Below, in pieces: positions 15,275-18,645 of a stretch of 18,645 bases of DNA. The position numbers were made by a program, and so were the translations under genes. The stretch's first letter is position 1, and each line of letters opens with the position of its first letter. The notes beneath the pieces are model-generated. The model saw only the letters and a list, made by a program, of their open reading frames with translations, ran no database searches and was not told the origin of the DNA. Origin of the DNA: a virus (Duplodnaviria; Heunggongvirae; Uroviricota; Caudoviricetes); IMG/VR virus record IMGVR_UViG_3300029241_000184, one strand, 5' to 3'.

Positions 15275-16936
15275 TTACGCCGCAAGCAGTTCTTTCGCAT
15301 TCGCCAGTGTGTTACGTGTGACTTCACTGCCACCAAGCAGGCGCGCCAGCTCTTGTAACCGCGCTTTTTTATCCAGGGATTGCATGTGTGTTTCTGTCAT
15401 CGCACCATCGGTTTCTTTGCTGACAAAATAGTGTTGATGACCACATCCCGCGACTTGTGGCAGGTGGGTAACACACATCACCTGAGTTGATTCGCCGAGT
15501 TGACGCAGCAGTTTGCCGACAACTGCCGCTGTTGGACCGCTAATCCCTACATCCACTTCATCAAAAATCAGTGCCGGGGTTTCCATTTTACGCGCCGTGA
15601 TGACCTGGATTGCCAGTGCGATGCGGGACAATTCACCACCGGATGCGACTTTGGCAATAGGCTGCATTGGCTGACCTGGGTTGGTGGTTACCCGAAACTC
15701 AATACGATCGGCACCGTCAGCGCCCAGGTGATGCTCGTCAAATTTAACATCGATCGTAAACTGCCCATGCGGCATTGAGAGCGCATGCATACTGTCGGTG
15801 ATCAGCTGTGCAAGTTCTTCTGCATATTGCTGGCGTTGTTGGTGTAATGCGCGCGCGATTTCCAGTGCCTGCTGATGATGTTTCGTTACCGCCAGCGCAA
15901 GCGTTTCTTGTGAGTCGGCCTGATCGTCCAGTTGCTGCTGTTCTTCCAGTAGCGACTGGTAATACTGTGGCAATGCCTCAGGGCTGACGTGATGTTTACG
16001 TGCCAGCGAAATCTGTTTTGAGATGCGCTGTTCAAGTTCAAATAGTCGGTTGGGATCGAGATCCAGACGATCGCAGTAGTGGCGCAGTTCATCGCTGGCT
16101 TCAGCAATCTGGATGGTAGCTTCTTCCAGCATATCAAGTACGCCGGACAGTTTGCTGTCCATGCCAATCAATTCGCTCACCAGTTGTTTAGCCGTGTAAA
16201 GCTGACTTTGCAGGTTTGCGTCTTCACCGTCGGCCATTAATGCCAATGCATTCTGGCTGGTGGTCAGCAATTGACCGCTGTTCGCCAGACGTTTGTACTC
16301 TTCGTCGATTTGTTCAAACTCTCCGGGCTGCGGATTAAATTCGTTAAGTTCTTTTAATTGGTATTGCAGCAGTTCCGCACGGGCAGCGCGTTCCTGACTT
16401 AACTGTTGATGATGCGCGAGGTCACGGCAGCTTTGATGCCACAACTGATAACGTGCTGTCATTTCCTGGAGTAGAGAGGTTTCATTGGCATAGCCATCAA
16501 GCAGGAACTTTTGGTGCTCGGGTTTGGTGAGTAACTGATGAGCGTGCTGACCATGGATCTGAATCAGCAACTGACCCAGTTCGCGCAGTTGTGACAGAGG
16601 AACAGCTGTACCGTTGATGAAACCACGGGAGCGACCATCGCTGCTGATCACGCGACGAAGCAAACATTCATGCCCGTCTTCAAGCTGGTTTTCTTCCAGC
16701 CAGCGCAGAGCCGCTGGCGTATCTTTCAGAGAAAAACGGGCGCACAGGTCAGCGCGAGCAGCGCCGGTACGCACCATGTCGGCTTCAGCGCGACCACCGA
16801 GACAAAGACCGAGGGCATCTATTGCAATAGATTTACCCGCGCCGGTCTCGCCAGTTATTACGGTCATGCCGCTATGAAAATCAATCTCAAGCTCACGAAC
16901 GATAGCAAAGTTGCTGATGGTCAGTTGTGCCAACAT
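15275..16936 (-). CDS. recN: DNA repair protein RecN (SMC-like ATPase)
   Basis: 553 aa; N-terminal Walker A GETGAGKS; long coiled-coil middle; LexA boxes immediately upstream. Confidence 0.95.
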   Translation of the reverse strand: MLAQLTISNFAIVRELEIDFHSGMTVITGETGAGKSIAIDALGLCLGGRAEADMVRTGAARADLCARFSLKDTPAALRWLEENQLEDGHECLLRRVISSDGRSRGFINGTAVPLSQLRELGQLLIQIHGQHAHQLLTKPEHQKFLLDGYANETSLLQEMTARYQLWHQSCRDLAHHQQLSQERAARAELLQYQLKELNEFNPQPGEFEQIDEEYKRLANSGQLLTTSQNALALMADGEDANLQSQLYTAKQLVSELIGMDSKLSGVLDMLEEATIQIAEASDELRHYCDRLDLDPNRLFELEQRISKQISLARKHHVSPEALPQYYQSLLEEQQQLDDQADSQETLALAVTKHHQQALEIARALHQQRQQYAEELAQLITDSMHALSMPHGQFTIDVKFDEHHLGADGADRIEFRVTTNPGQPMQPIAKVASGGELSRIALAIQVITARKMETPALIFDEVDVGISGPTAAVVGKLLRQLGESTQVMCVTHLPQVAGCGHQHYFVSKETDGAMTETHMQSLDKKARLQELARLLGGSEVTRNTLANAKELLAA

Positions 16937-16964
16937 AGTCGTTTTCCTGTATGAAAAACCATTA

Positions 16965-17002
16965 CTGTTATTGTGTACAGTATAAACTGGTTTTATATAC
17001 AG
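16965..17002 (-). promoter_or_regulatory. recN SOS operator region: two LexA boxes (CTGT-N8-ACAG type)
   Basis: ctgttattgtgtacag (16965..16980) and ctggttttatatacag (16987..17002) between the nadK stop and the recN start; a weaker third candidate lies at 16947..16962. Confidence 0.7.
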
Positions 17003-17021
17003 TAAAGAGGCTGGCGTAAAA

Positions 17022-17900
17022 TTAGAATAATTTTTTTGACCAGCCGAGCTTGGTGCTTAATGTGTTGAAATAACTGTAATCTTTCGGATGAATCAGATTC
17101 AGATGGTAATCACAGCGACGAATCAGGACATCTTCACCTTCCTGAATCGGCAGTGCTATCTGGCTGTCGCAACTGATTTCCAGGTCGTTACGGCGATGCG
17201 AAAAACGCAGACGGATCGTGCTGCTGCTGTTTATGACCAGTGGTCGTGCTGACAACGTATGCGGGAACATGGGCACCAGGGTAATCGCATCCAGAGAGGG
17301 GGTCAGAATAGGACCGCCTGCAGAGAGGGAATAGGCGGTGGAGCCTGTTGGCGTCGAAATAATTAGTCCATCAGATCGCTGAGAAAACGCAAAGATCTCG
17401 TCGATATACACTTCGAACTCAATCATATGCGCCACTTTGCCTGGATGAAGCACCACTTCATTTATCGCGGTGCTGATGCGTTTCTGGCAATCTTGCTGAC
17501 AGACTTGCGCTTCCAGCAAAAAACGTTTCTCGCTGATGTAGTGGCCTTCCAGCACATCGGCTAACTGTTGCTGGGCGTTATCGGGGTCAAGGTCAGTCAG
17601 GAAACCCAGGTTGCCACGGTTGATTCCAATAACTTTAATATCGTAACGGGCGAGTGTGCGTGCCGCGCCCAGCATATTACCGTCGCCACCAACGACTACC
17701 GCGAGATCAGCTAGTTGCCCAATCTCCGCGAGCGTGCCAGTTTTCACATTCTTCAGTTGCAGTTCGTGAGCGATTTGTTGCTCAACGATGACCTCGTAAC
17801 CTTTTGTGCACAGCCAGCGGTAGAGCATTTCATGTGTTGTCAGTGCAGTGGGGTGCCGTGGGTGTCCCACAATGCCAATACACTTGAAATGATTATTCAT
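17022..17900 (-). CDS. nadK: NAD kinase
   Basis: 292 aa; GGDGN motif ([14 protein letters not shown]) typical of NAD kinases; divergent from grpE. Confidence 0.93.
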
Positions 17901-17948
17901 TTTTCCGAGGTCCTTGTTGCGAAGATTGATGACAATGTGAGTGCTTCC

Positions 17949-17977
17949 CTTGAAACCCTGAAACTGATCCCCATAAT
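17949..17977 (+). promoter_or_regulatory. Sigma-32 (heat-shock) promoter of grpE
   Basis: CTTGAAA (17949..17955), 13-nt spacer, CCCCATAAT (17969..17977), matching the sigma-32 consensus TTGAAA ... CCCCATNT, about 45 nt upstream of the grpE start. Confidence 0.6.
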
Positions 17978-17989
17978 AAGCGAAGTTAG

Positions 17990-18616
<627 letters not shown>

Positions 18617-18645
18617 TTTCTGTTTTCGTAATAATTCACGGCCCT

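Noticed and set aside
15500-16877. Plus-strand ORFs inside recN (15500..15778, 16614..16877, 16670..16954) and minus-strand ORF 15886..16167
   Set aside because: All lie within or out of frame with the 553-aa recN frame; no independent support.

Overview
This window looks like an Escherichia-type chromosomal segment (grpE, nadK, recN, bamE, ratB/ratA, smpB, ssrA, all read from translated ORFs and recalled family features, no searches run) with horizontally acquired DNA inserted at the 3' end of ssrA. The inserted DNA is a roughly 10.9 kb P4-like phage satellite (about 1889..12777) with a recognisable P4 backbone: a 777-aa alpha-type primase/helicase, an AlpA-like regulator, a sid-like/Ogr-Delta/psu late operon, a cos-like site, TGTTCACC-type iterons and a P4-family tyrosine integrase next to ssrA. 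The main candidate for an undescribed system is a single AT-rich 661-aa gene (9376..11361) sitting between cos/psu and the integrase, where P4-like satellites are known to carry anti-phage cargo. It fuses an N-terminal GHKL (Bergerat-fold) ATPase to a C-terminal PD-(D/E)xK-like nuclease motif. A second AT-rich cargo gene at the other end of the element (2103..2762) pairs a restriction-endonuclease-like N-terminal motif with two predicted transmembrane helices. A second, paralogous integrase (493..1722) with a degenerate copy of the ssrA 3' end and terminator indicates an older island in tandem, extending past the left edge of the window. Domain calls rest on motifs I can read in the translations; novelty cannot be established without database searches.
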